Shown: one piece after another, positions 17,425 to 25,606 of the stretch
Numbering within the stretch: position 1 is the first letter of the stretch
Layout of the letters: the number at the start of each line of letters is the position of its first letter
DNA from: Dehalococcoidia bacterium
Lineage (GTDB): Bacteria > Chloroflexota > Dehalococcoidia > Lucifugimonadales > UBA2962
Direction: 5' to 3'
Assembly: GCA_034421295.1 (NCBI GenBank)
Contig: DAOUKM010000019.1
Location: forward strand, 257,611-321,610
DNA: 64,000 nt
Notes under the pieces: generated by a model
Databases searched by the model: none
What the model saw: only the letters and a program-made list of their open reading frames with translations
What the model was told of the DNA's origin: nothing
Position numbers and translations under genes: made by a program

Positions 17425-18624
17425 ATGGCAACCGAGATCATAATGCCCAAGCTCGGGATGGTAATGACCGAGGGCACGGTCTCGAAGTGGACTAAGGGAG
17501 CGGGCGAAAAGGTCTCTCAGGGCGAGGTGATCGCCGAGATTGAGACCGAGAAGATCAACTACGAGCTTGAGGCGACCGGCGACGGATTGCTGCACCAGTC
17601 GGTCCTGGAGGGGGCCGTGGTGGCGGTAAACGGCCTGATGGGCTATCTGCTCGGCGAAGGCGAGAATCCTCCCGAAGACCGCAAGGAAACGGGAGCGGTC
17701 GCGGCCGATCCCGTATCGGCGTCGGCCCCCAGACGTACCGGGCCAGCCAGGAGTGTCGGGGGCTCGGTACCATCGACTCCGGGCGCCCGCAAGCTCGCCG
17801 CAAAGCTCGGGGTCGATCTGACCAAGATCACTCCCACCGGACCGCGGGGTCGGGTGGTGGAGGCAGACGTTCGAAAATTCGCCGACGCCGGCGCTTCGTC
17901 GAGTGAGCCGGCCGGCCGGCCACCCGCCGTTTCACTGGGAGGGTTGCCGGAACCGGCCAAAGTCGACCAGATGTCGGGCATGCGCAAGGGCATAGCCGAC
18001 CACATGCGCGCTTCGATCCAGTCTACGGCCCAGCTCACGTTCACGCTGGAGGTGCCTGTAACCGAGCTACAGCGCCAGCGCAAGAGTTGGTCGCGGCTAA
18101 ACAGGACCCCGGTCACCAACACCCACATTTATGCAAAGGCCTGTGCACAGGTCCTTGGGGATCTGCCGATCCTCAACACGGTTCTGGCGGACGGCAAGAT
18201 CCACTATTTTGACCGCATTGACATCGGTGTTGCCGTTGCGCTCAGCGAGGGACTGATAGTGCCGGTGTTGCGGGACGTTGCAAACACTCCACTGGCAGAC
18301 ATCGCCAGGCAGACCTCTGACCTGACCAAGAGGGCGCAATCAGGGCAGCTCTCACCGGACGAGGTTGCCGGAGGCACCTTCACTATCAGTGTGCTGGGTA
18401 CGGTGGACACATTCACTCCAATCCTCAACCGTGGCCAGTCTGCCATCCTTGGCGTCGGCGCGACGAGGCGAAAGCCAGTCGTGGAGGGAGGCGAGATTGC
18501 CATCGGGGACGTATGTACTTTCAGCCTGACCGTCGACCATCAAACTGTAGATGGTGCGGTGGCAGCTGATTTCATGGCAAGGTTCTCGGAATTGATCCAG
18601 GATCCGACTCCTCTGCTGTCTTGA
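17425..18624 (+). CDS. Dihydrolipoamide acyltransferase (E2 component) with one lipoyl domain
   Basis: Track ORF 17305..18624 overlaps the E1-beta end. ATG 17425 is preceded by GGGAGGA (17414-17420) and opens MATEIIMPKLGMVMTEG. Lipoyl-Lys context IETEKINYE; E3/E1-binding domain PGARKLAAKLGVDL; catalytic DHQTVDG. Confidence 0.9.
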   Translation: MATEIIMPKLGMVMTEGTVSKWTKGAGEKVSQGEVIAEIETEKINYELEATGDGLLHQSVLEGAVVAVNGLMGYLLGEGENPPEDRKETGAVAADPVSASAPRRTGPARSVGGSVPSTPGARKLAAKLGVDLTKITPTGPRGRVVEADVRKFADAGASSSEPAGRPPAVSLGGLPEPAKVDQMSGMRKGIADHMRASIQSTAQLTFTLEVPVTELQRQRKSWSRLNRTPVTNTHIYAKACAQVLGDLPILNTVLADGKIHYFDRIDIGVAVALSEGLIVPVLRDVANTPLADIARQTSDLTKRAQSGQLSPDEVAGGTFTISVLGTVDTFTPILNRGQSAILGVGATRRKPVVEGGEIAIGDVCTFSLTVDHQTVDGAVAADFMARFSELIQDPTPLLS

Positions 18625-18768
18625 TTCCCTGCTCGGTCGGGTGGATGTCGCTACCGCGTCCTCCTGCCGACCCGGACGAGGTCATCCCCGCCTTAAACGA
18701 ATCGGCTGGCGATCTGAAGCGAGTCGCTTGCTCGCATAGGGCAGGCGACAGCCTGGGAGTTCCGTAGA

Positions 18769-19707
18769 ATGCAGTACATCAGTCTCGGGCGAACCGGCCT
18801 TAAGGTCTCGCCTCTGTGCCTAGGCACCAACATGTTTGGCGCCGGCTACGTCGACGATGAGAGGGCCGCTACCGTCATCAGGGCTGCCCTTGATATGGGT
18901 GTGAACTTCGTAGACACCGCCGATGTCTACCATGACGGCCTTTCAGAGAAGGTGGTCGGCAGGGCGATCACCCACATCCGTCACCGGGTGGTCTTGGCGA
19001 CGAAGGGCGGATACCCGATGGGAGACGGACCAAACGATAAAGGCCTGTCCCGCTCCCACCTCACCGAGGCAATTGACGCCAGCCTGCGGCGTCTTGGTAC
19101 GGACTACATCGATCTATACCAGGTCCATCTGTGGGACCCTGACACCCCGCTTGATGAGACTATGAGAGCACTGGACGATGCCGTCGCCGCAGGCAAGGTT
19201 CGCTACGTGGGGTGCTCCAACTTTTCGAGCTGGCAGTTGATCAGGGCACTCTGGGAGAGCGACGCGGGCGGCCGCATCCGGTTTGAGACGACGCAGCCGC
19301 CCTATAATCTCGCCCACCGGGATATAGAGACGGAGCTGGTGCCTGCCTGCTTGCAGGAGGACGTGGCGATCCTGCCGTACCAGGTGCTGGCCGGCGGAGT
19401 TCTGACAGGGACGTATGATCCGGAGTTGCCGCCGCCTCAGGACACCCACATGGCCTCCAAGCTGGCTGGGACGGCCCGTTTGCGCTACTGGAATCAGGCC
19501 ACCTTTGAGGTTGCAGACAGGCTGATGGAGGTGGCCGCCGACCTGGGGCACAGCGCAACCCAGGTGGCTATGGCCTGGGCGCTCGCCAAGCCCGGGATCA
19601 CCTCTTTGGTGGTGGGATCGAGTCGCCCCGAGCAGGTGCAGGCTAATATTGAGGCGCTCGACATCAGACTGGATGATGCCTTGATTGCCAGGTTGGAGGG
19701 GCGATAG
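18769..19707 (+). CDS. Aldo/keto reductase
   Basis: 312 aa; LGTNMFG, FVDTADVY, LATKGG, IDLYQVH, SNF motif series of the AKR superfamily. Confidence 0.85.
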   Translation: MQYISLGRTGLKVSPLCLGTNMFGAGYVDDERAATVIRAALDMGVNFVDTADVYHDGLSEKVVGRAITHIRHRVVLATKGGYPMGDGPNDKGLSRSHLTEAIDASLRRLGTDYIDLYQVHLWDPDTPLDETMRALDDAVAAGKVRYVGCSNFSSWQLIRALWESDAGGRIRFETTQPPYNLAHRDIETELVPACLQEDVAILPYQVLAGGVLTGTYDPELPPPQDTHMASKLAGTARLRYWNQATFEVADRLMEVAADLGHSATQVAMAWALAKPGITSLVVGSSRPEQVQANIEALDIRLDDALIARLEGR

Positions 19708-19750
19708 CCCGGGGCGACCGAGGCGCCGTATCGATGATGCGAGGGGCGTG

Positions 19751-20041
19751 GTGACGGTAGTGGTCACGGTGGAGCGCCGGATGAGGCCGGGCTCACTGAG
19801 GGAGATTCACAGGCTGCAGGCTGAGCTATGGGAGATCGCCAGCCGGACGCCGGGCTATATCTCTGGGGAAACCGTCTTCAGCGCCTCGGATCCGGACCGG
19901 TTCATGACCCTGAGCAGATGGGAGAGCATTGACCACTGGTGGGACTGGGAAAATAACGGCGAGCGCCACGACCTTTTCGAGAAATACAGCGGTATCTTAG
20001 AGGTCACCAGGGGTCCAAGAGTCTGGAGGACCACGCAGTGA
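19751..20041 (+). CDS. ABM (antibiotic-biosynthesis-monooxygenase-like) ferredoxin-fold protein
   Basis: Track ORF 19685..20041 overlaps the AKR end. GTG 19751 follows GAGGGG. Pattern beta-strand start VTVVVTVERR.. then F.TLSRWES.DHW..W typical of ABM domains. Confidence 0.6.
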   Translation: MTVVVTVERRMRPGSLREIHRLQAELWEIASRTPGYISGETVFSASDPDRFMTLSRWESIDHWWDWENNGERHDLFEKYSGILEVTRGPRVWRTTQ

Positions 20042-20051
20042 GAGGGAGGTA

Positions 20052-21359
20052 ATGGCTGATTCTCTGAGCATCACCGACAACAGGACAGGCGAAGTCTATG
20101 AAGTGCCTATCTTCGCCGGCACCTTCCCGGACAGGGGATCGGCGATAAATGCCTCGGAACTGCGCCGGATCAGGTCATCGGAGGCGGACTTTGGCCTGCT
20201 ATCCCATGACCCGGGCTTCCTAAACACCTCTTCTTGCCGGAGTCAGATCACCTTTATCGACGGAGACGCCGGGGTCCTGCGCTACCGCGGCTACTCCATC
20301 GAGCAGTTGGCGGCAAACAGCACCTATCTGGAGGTCGCCTACTTACTGATCAATGGAGAACTGCCCACGGAGTCCCAACTCGCGGCGTGGACCTATGACA
20401 TAACCCACCACACGATAATTAACGAGAAGATCAAGCGATTTCTGGACGGCTTCCACTACAACGCACATCCGATGGGTATTCTTGTCAGTGCCGTTGCCGC
20501 GCTCTCTACCTTCTATCCCAAGTCTCGGGACGTGCACGACCAGAGCGTACGCAGCCGTTCGATCATGCGATTGATCGCCAAGATGCCCACCCTGGCGGCA
20601 TTCGCATACAGATACAACGCCGGACAGCCCTACGCCTATCCAGACAACGATCTGAGTTACTCGGGGAACTTCCTGAACATGATGTTCAAGTCCACCGAGC
20701 TCAAGTATCGACCGGACCCGGTGCTGGAGCGGGCACTTGACGTCCTATTCGTTCTGCATGCCGACCACGAGCAGAATTGCAGCACGTCGGCGATGAGAAA
20801 CGTGGGCAGCTCCGACGCCGACCCCTACGTGTCCGTCTCGGCGGCCGTGGCCGCACTCTACGGGCCTCTTCACGGAGGTGCGAACGAGGCCGTCTTGCGC
20901 ATGCTCACGGAGATCGGCGACGTCAGGAACGTGCCTGAGTACGTACGACGGGTCAAGAGCCGCGAATTTCGGCTGATGGGCTTTGGCCATCGCGTCTACA
21001 AGAGCTATGACCCCCGGGCGAAGATCCTCCGCGAACTGGCCGAGCAGGTATTTGAGGTATGCGGCCGCAACCCGCTTATCGAGGTGGCCACCGAGCTGGA
21101 GAAGATCGCCCTTCAGGATGAGTTCTTCGTAGAACGCGGCCTGTATCCGAATGTGGACTTTTACTCGGGGATCATCTACCAGGCCATGGGTTTTCCCATT
21201 TCCCTGTTCCCCGTGCTGTTCGCGATCCCGAGGACGTCGGGGTGGCTGGCACATTGGGAGGAGATGCGCAGCGATCCGGAGCTGCGCATAGCACGACCAC
21301 GCCAAGTCTACGCTGGCGAGGCCGGGCGCTCTTATGTGCCACTGGCCGAACGGGCATGA
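20052..21359 (+). CDS. gltA: Citrate synthase
   Basis: 435 aa; LHADHEQNCSTS, GPLHGGANE, MGFGHRVYK..DPR catalytic signature blocks. Confidence 0.9.
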   Translation: MADSLSITDNRTGEVYEVPIFAGTFPDRGSAINASELRRIRSSEADFGLLSHDPGFLNTSSCRSQITFIDGDAGVLRYRGYSIEQLAANSTYLEVAYLLINGELPTESQLAAWTYDITHHTIINEKIKRFLDGFHYNAHPMGILVSAVAALSTFYPKSRDVHDQSVRSRSIMRLIAKMPTLAAFAYRYNAGQPYAYPDNDLSYSGNFLNMMFKSTELKYRPDPVLERALDVLFVLHADHEQNCSTSAMRNVGSSDADPYVSVSAAVAALYGPLHGGANEAVLRMLTEIGDVRNVPEYVRRVKSREFRLMGFGHRVYKSYDPRAKILRELAEQVFEVCGRNPLIEVATELEKIALQDEFFVERGLYPNVDFYSGIIYQAMGFPISLFPVLFAIPRTSGWLAHWEEMRSDPELRIARPRQVYAGEAGRSYVPLAERA

Positions 21360-21413
21360 CCGGATTCCGCCAAGGCAATCCTGGACGGCACGCTACATGT
21401 TGTTAAAGGGGGA

Positions 21414-21463
21414 CGCCACCCCACTGCATATCGTGCAGTCGGCCGTGGCGGTGGTGATTTTCT
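21414..21463 (+). terminator. Rho-independent terminator candidate after citrate synthase
   Basis: Nested stem CGCCAC (21414-21419)/GTGGCG (21445-21450) enclosing ACTGCA-tatcg-TGCAGT, followed by GATTTTCT. Confidence 0.5.
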
Positions 21464-21477
21464 AGAGGGTTTCAGGC

Positions 21478-21491
21478 CATAATACCGTGTG
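21478..21491 (+). promoter_or_regulatory. -10 box CATAAT placed 5 nt before the GTG start (leaderless transcript candidate)
   Basis: CATAAT 21478-21483, GTG 21489, no Shine-Dalgarno in between. Confidence 0.35.
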
Positions 21492-22457
21492 GCCTCCAAA
21501 CCCACTCCGGTTGAAAACCCTCAGCACGGGGAGATTCGCTTTGCTCACCCGAGCGAGCAGGAATTTGCCTCGATACTGGACTTTTACGGCGTTAGATGGG
21601 AGTACGAGCCGAAATCGTTCCCCCTCAGGTGGGACGCCGAGAGGGTGGCAGAGATGTTCACCCCGGACTTCTACCTCCCTGACCTCGGCCTGTACCTGGA
21701 GCTGACCACCCTCAAGCAGAGCCTGGTCACCGAGAAGAATCGCAAGCTCAGGCGCATGCGGAAGCTGTACCCGGATGTGGCGGTCAAGCTCCTTTATCGG
21801 CGCGATTATCACCGGCTATTGGCCAAGTATGGGTTTGGCCCTCTTGCCACCGCGGATTTCGGCGGCGTGGACCGCGTGTTGTTCTCCGCCCGGGGCATAG
21901 CCGATAAGGTGCGCCAGCTGGGGCGAGAGATATCGGTCGATTACGAGGGTAAGGAGCCGGTGCTTGTGGGTGTCCAGCGAGGCATGGTGTGCTTCATGGC
22001 CGATTTGATAAGGCAAATCACCCTGCCGATAGAGCTGGACTTCATGTCGGTTTCATACTACGGATCGTCGGAGGAAGGCGTGAGGGTGGTAAAGGATCTG
22101 GACCTTGGACTTACCGGGCGGGACGTACTGTTGATCGAAGACATAGTCGACACCGGTATGACGCTGAATTACCTGCTCAATTACCTGAGGGTCAAAGAGC
22201 CGGCCACCTTAAGTGTGTGTACGCTCGTGGACAAGCGAATCAGGCGCATCGTCGATGTCGACATCCGCTACGTCGGATTCGAGGTAGGGGATGAATTTCT
22301 CGTCGGCTACGGTTTGGACCACATGGAAAAGTACCGCAACCTGCCATTCTTGGGGGTCCTGAGGCCCGGACAGGGGGATTCCGAAGACAAAAAAAGAGGC
22401 CCCAAGGAACCTTGCTCTCCGCTCACCTCGCCGGACGCCCCGCAGTTGCCCACTTGA
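21489..22457 (+). CDS. hpt: Hypoxanthine phosphoribosyltransferase with ~125-aa N-terminal extra domain and Pro/Ser-rich C-terminal tail
   Basis: C-terminal two-thirds: EPVLVGVQRGMVCFMADL, LLIEDIVDTGMTL (PRPP motif), FLVGYGLD..EKYRNLP = HPRT. Residues 1-~125 unrelated to HPRT. Confidence 0.8.
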   Translation: MASKPTPVENPQHGEIRFAHPSEQEFASILDFYGVRWEYEPKSFPLRWDAERVAEMFTPDFYLPDLGLYLELTTLKQSLVTEKNRKLRRMRKLYPDVAVKLLYRRDYHRLLAKYGFGPLATADFGGVDRVLFSARGIADKVRQLGREISVDYEGKEPVLVGVQRGMVCFMADLIRQITLPIELDFMSVSYYGSSEEGVRVVKDLDLGLTGRDVLLIEDIVDTGMTLNYLLNYLRVKEPATLSVCTLVDKRIRRIVDVDIRYVGFEVGDEFLVGYGLDHMEKYRNLPFLGVLRPGQGDSEDKKRGPKEPCSPLTSPDAPQLPT

Positions 22458-22549
22458 CCCCGGTCCGGTAGCTTCCTTCGCAGCCCCTTGGGACCAAGGA
22501 CAATCTATCAGTCGGTCGGTATTATGTCAAGTACAATCCGCGGCGAGAC

Positions 22550-22858
22550 ATGCGAAATCCGGGCCCGCGGTTGATATCTTGGCTGGGCGTGGAGATGGAC
22601 AGCCGGGCGGCGGCCTTGAGCACTGCAAAGGATGTGAGAGGCCAATTTCAACTGTTATCGTCCGGGTATTCCGACTACCGCCAGGACGCGAAGGAACCGG
22701 CCCTACGGGGCGAAATCACAAGGCGATTGCCCTTCAGACGCCTAGACACTTTTGGGCGACTGTGTGAAATTGAACCGGTCGCCAAGGTGACCACAGCCGT
22801 ATCGTCGGATAATGCTGCCCTTCTAGCCTTGCCGAGAGGTCCGGAAGGGGCCATTTAG
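22550..22858 (+). CDS. Hypothetical protein (weak call; could instead be a 5' leader RNA)
   Basis: 102-aa ORF filling an otherwise empty 409-bp gap and ending 8 nt before the next start. Third-codon-position GC looks similar to neighbouring genes by eye. TACAAT at 22532-22537. No recognisable motif. Confidence 0.3.
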   Translation: MRNPGPRLISWLGVEMDSRAAALSTAKDVRGQFQLLSSGYSDYRQDAKEPALRGEITRRLPFRRLDTFGRLCEIEPVAKVTTAVSSDNAALLALPRGPEGAI

Positions 22859-22866
22859 GAGGAGAT

Positions 22867-23418
22867 ATGGAAGCTGCGTTCTTAGTTTTGATCGGGGGTG
22901 CACTCTTTGCACAGTCCTGGAACCACCTAGGCCTGTTTTCCGAAGGGCGCTCGATGGGAGTGGTAGTGGCTGGGCTTGGCCTGCTGTCATTGGTTGGCCT
23001 TGTGATGACGCCGATGCTCCTGGAGGGAAGGTCCACCGAGGCAGATGTCCTGACGAACATCACGATGATGAAGGCGCTGATCCTGGTCTGGGCGGTATAC
23101 GCGGTGGCCGTGGCGGCTCAGGCCTACCTGGATCTGGAGGAACGTGCGGTCGGCTTTTATGCGGGCTTCCTGTGCGTATTCAACGTTTTCGCGCTGATCT
23201 ACTTCGCGGCTGAGATGTCAAGTGGCTACGGCGACGGTCCATGGCTCACGATGTCAGCGGCCACACTGATTCTGGCGATCAACGCGGGTCTGGTTTTCTT
23301 CCACCAGGCCATCCCCTTCCAGGCGATCAGGCTTGTGACCGGGTGGTTCCTGCTGATCGGCGGCGCAGCCGTGGCCGTGCTGGGCGCGCTGGTCGCGACG
23401 TCGGTGATACAGATCTAG
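22867..23418 (+). CDS. Six-TM small membrane protein, possibly AmiS/UreI-type amide/urea channel
   Basis: 183 aa; RBS AGGAGG 5 nt upstream; size, TM layout and several segments resemble UreI/AmiS proteins recalled from memory; not verified. Confidence 0.5.
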   Translation: MEAAFLVLIGGALFAQSWNHLGLFSEGRSMGVVVAGLGLLSLVGLVMTPMLLEGRSTEADVLTNITMMKALILVWAVYAVAVAAQAYLDLEERAVGFYAGFLCVFNVFALIYFAAEMSSGYGDGPWLTMSAATLILAINAGLVFFHQAIPFQAIRLVTGWFLLIGGAAVAVLGALVATSVIQI

Positions 23419-23438
23419 GACCCACGGAACTTGACTCC

Positions 23439-23479
23439 TGCGCCCCTGCGAGTTCCGCTCGACAGGGGCGCATTTGTCT
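23439..23479 (+). terminator. Rho-independent terminator
   Basis: TGCGCCCCTG (23439-23448) / CAGGGGCGCA (23463-23472), 14-nt loop, then TTTGTCT. Confidence 0.6.
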
Positions 23480-23524
23480 GGAATCGACGGATCGCGAAGG
23501 GACGGAGGGTGACGAACCGCAGTT

Positions 23525-25606
23525 ATGGTTGATTCCCTTACAGAGGAGACGACAGGCACGGCGGACCCTCGAATCGTAGGTTCAGATGAATCTGGGGCTG
23601 GGCACCCGACCAGCCGGAGCCAAAGAATCTCCGTTGCGCAGATCCTGGCTGAAAGCGAACGGGAAACGGACAGGTACTCTTGGGAGGGGACCTTCGCTCA
23701 GTACCTGGAGAAGGTAATCGCGACGCCGGCGCTGTCGCGACTGTCCCATGGTCTCGTCTATGACGCCATAGGTTCTGCAGGAGCTGAAGAGGACCTCAAC
23801 GGAGAGCCTGTCTACGGGCTATTTGACGGGCAGATCTTTGGTCTGGAGTCGGCCCTGGATCGAATCGTTGGCTATTTCGAGGCTTCGGCCCGGCGCCTGG
23901 AGGTCAGGAAACGAATTCTGCTCCTGCTGGGCCCGCCGGCCAGTGGAAAATCGTCGATTATAGACATCATCAAGCGTGGTCTTGAGGATTACACCAAGAC
24001 TCAGGATGGGGCGGTCTACACCATCCAGGGTTGTCCAATGCAGGAGGACCCCCTGCACTTGATCCCAAGCGGGCTAAGGGCCAGGCTAGCCGGGGATCAC
24101 GGCCTGTACATTGAGGGCGACCTTTGCTTCCATTGCCGATTCCTCCTGGAGCGCGATTACAGGGGCAATCCCGCGGAGGTGCCCGTGACCCGGATCGTGT
24201 TCTCCGAGTCCCAGGCCAGGGGTATCGGCTACTACGTTGCCAACAATCCAAGGCCGCCCGACCCGTCCGTTCTGGTGGGCAGCTACAACGAGAAGAAGCT
24301 CGACGGAGAACGCCAGGAGGTCGCCGCCCGCGCCTTCCGGCTGGACGGTGAACTGAACGTTGCCAACCGGGGCATCATGGACTTTGTCGAGATCTTCAAG
24401 GCTGACCGCAGGTTGCTGACCACGCTGCTGTCGCTGGCGCAAGAGCAACTCATCAAGATGGAAAAGTTCGGATCCGTCTACGGAGACGAGGTGATCATAG
24501 GGCACTCCAACGAGGGCGATTTCAATACGTTCAGTCAGGACGAGTCCTCAGAGGCGCTGAAAGACCGGATCATAGCCATCAAGATCCCCTACAACCTGCG
24601 GGTTTCAGAAGAGGTCAAAATCCTCAACAAGATGCTCGGACAGAGCACCGTGCAGGATGTGGACATCGCACCGCTGACCATGCAGGTGGTCAGCACTTTC
24701 GCCATCCTGTCTCGGCTTGAGGCTCCCTCGCGACAGGGTATGAGCCTGTTGGACAAGGTCAAGCTCTATAACGGCGAGCTCGTCGGTTCATACACCCATC
24801 GTGACGTAGTTGAAATGCAGCGCCACCACCCCAATGAGGGCATGGGGGGCATATCCCCCCGCTATGTGATGAACCGCATAGGGGTGGTGGCCAGCGCAGA
24901 ATCCGGAGTCGTGACGCCCCTGGCGGCCATAGACAGCCTGTGGCGGGGGCTCAAAGAGAACATCAGCCTGGATCAGGCCGACATCGTCACTTACGTGGGC
25001 TTCATCGCCGACACCGTCAAGGAGTACGACCGGCTCGCCGTGAAGGAGCTGCAGATGGCGCTGACCGACTCGTTTGACGACAGCGCCAACGAACTCTTCG
25101 AGAACTACGTCACCAGCATAGCCGACTTCTGCCAGTCAAATGGTAAATCGGGAGTTAGAACCCGTTCGCCCAACGAGCGGGATATGCAGGAACTGGAGAG
25201 GGCCGTGGGTGTGATGGCGCGGGATAAGCGCGCCTTTCGACAGGAGCTTCACGATCGAATCAGCGGGTGGAAGCTGAAGGGCAAATCGTTTGATTACCGC
25301 TCGGAGCCACGCTTGCGGACGGCTGTGGAGCTGAGGTTGCTACCCGCGCCCCGGGCCGTGGAGCGAGCGTTGACCGAACCTCGCTTCGCCCGCCAGAAGG
25401 TGGAGTGGCGCAGACGCTATGAAGCCGTGATCAGTCACCTTGTAGACTCCTTCGGCTACTCCCACGCCACGGCCGAGGATCTGATCGCCTACGGGATGCA
25501 TGTAATCAAGAGGCGCCCCGTGATCAAGACGCCCCGCAACGAGGGAGTCGAATGGCTCTGGCCCCTTTACCCTGATTCACCCGTTGGGGGTAGCGGTTCC
25601 GCCTAG
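23525..25606 (+). CDS. prkA: PrkA-family AAA+ serine protein kinase
   Basis: 693 aa; Walker A LLLGPPASGKSS; long collinear PrkA pattern (GIMDFVEIFK, IIGHSNE, ALKDRI..IKIPYNL). Confidence 0.9.
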   Translation: MVDSLTEETTGTADPRIVGSDESGAGHPTSRSQRISVAQILAESERETDRYSWEGTFAQYLEKVIATPALSRLSHGLVYDAIGSAGAEEDLNGEPVYGLFDGQIFGLESALDRIVGYFEASARRLEVRKRILLLLGPPASGKSSIIDIIKRGLEDYTKTQDGAVYTIQGCPMQEDPLHLIPSGLRARLAGDHGLYIEGDLCFHCRFLLERDYRGNPAEVPVTRIVFSESQARGIGYYVANNPRPPDPSVLVGSYNEKKLDGERQEVAARAFRLDGELNVANRGIMDFVEIFKADRRLLTTLLSLAQEQLIKMEKFGSVYGDEVIIGHSNEGDFNTFSQDESSEALKDRIIAIKIPYNLRVSEEVKILNKMLGQSTVQDVDIAPLTMQVVSTFAILSRLEAPSRQGMSLLDKVKLYNGELVGSYTHRDVVEMQRHHPNEGMGGISPRYVMNRIGVVASAESGVVTPLAAIDSLWRGLKENISLDQADIVTYVGFIADTVKEYDRLAVKELQMALTDSFDDSANELFENYVTSIADFCQSNGKSGVRTRSPNERDMQELERAVGVMARDKRAFRQELHDRISGWKLKGKSFDYRSEPRLRTAVELRLLPAPRAVERALTEPRFARQKVEWRRRYEAVISHLVDSFGYSHATAEDLIAYGMHVIKRRPVIKTPRNEGVEWLWPLYPDSPVGGSGSA

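Noticed and set aside
22770-22820. GAACC ... GGATAATGC, reminiscent of the TPP riboswitch core (GAACCUGAUCUGGAUAAUGCCAGCG)
   Set aside because: Spacing between the two elements is about 30 nt too long. The CUGAGA box and the pairing partner CCAGCG are absent, and the downstream gene has no thiamine link.
22838-22852. GGUCCGGAAGGGGCC resembling the SRP-RNA helix-8 GGAA tetraloop region
   Set aside because: The flanks do not match the 4.5S/SRP consensus (no AGCAGCC 3' side, no long closing helix). It sits directly on the RBS of the next gene, so it is more likely a small local hairpin.
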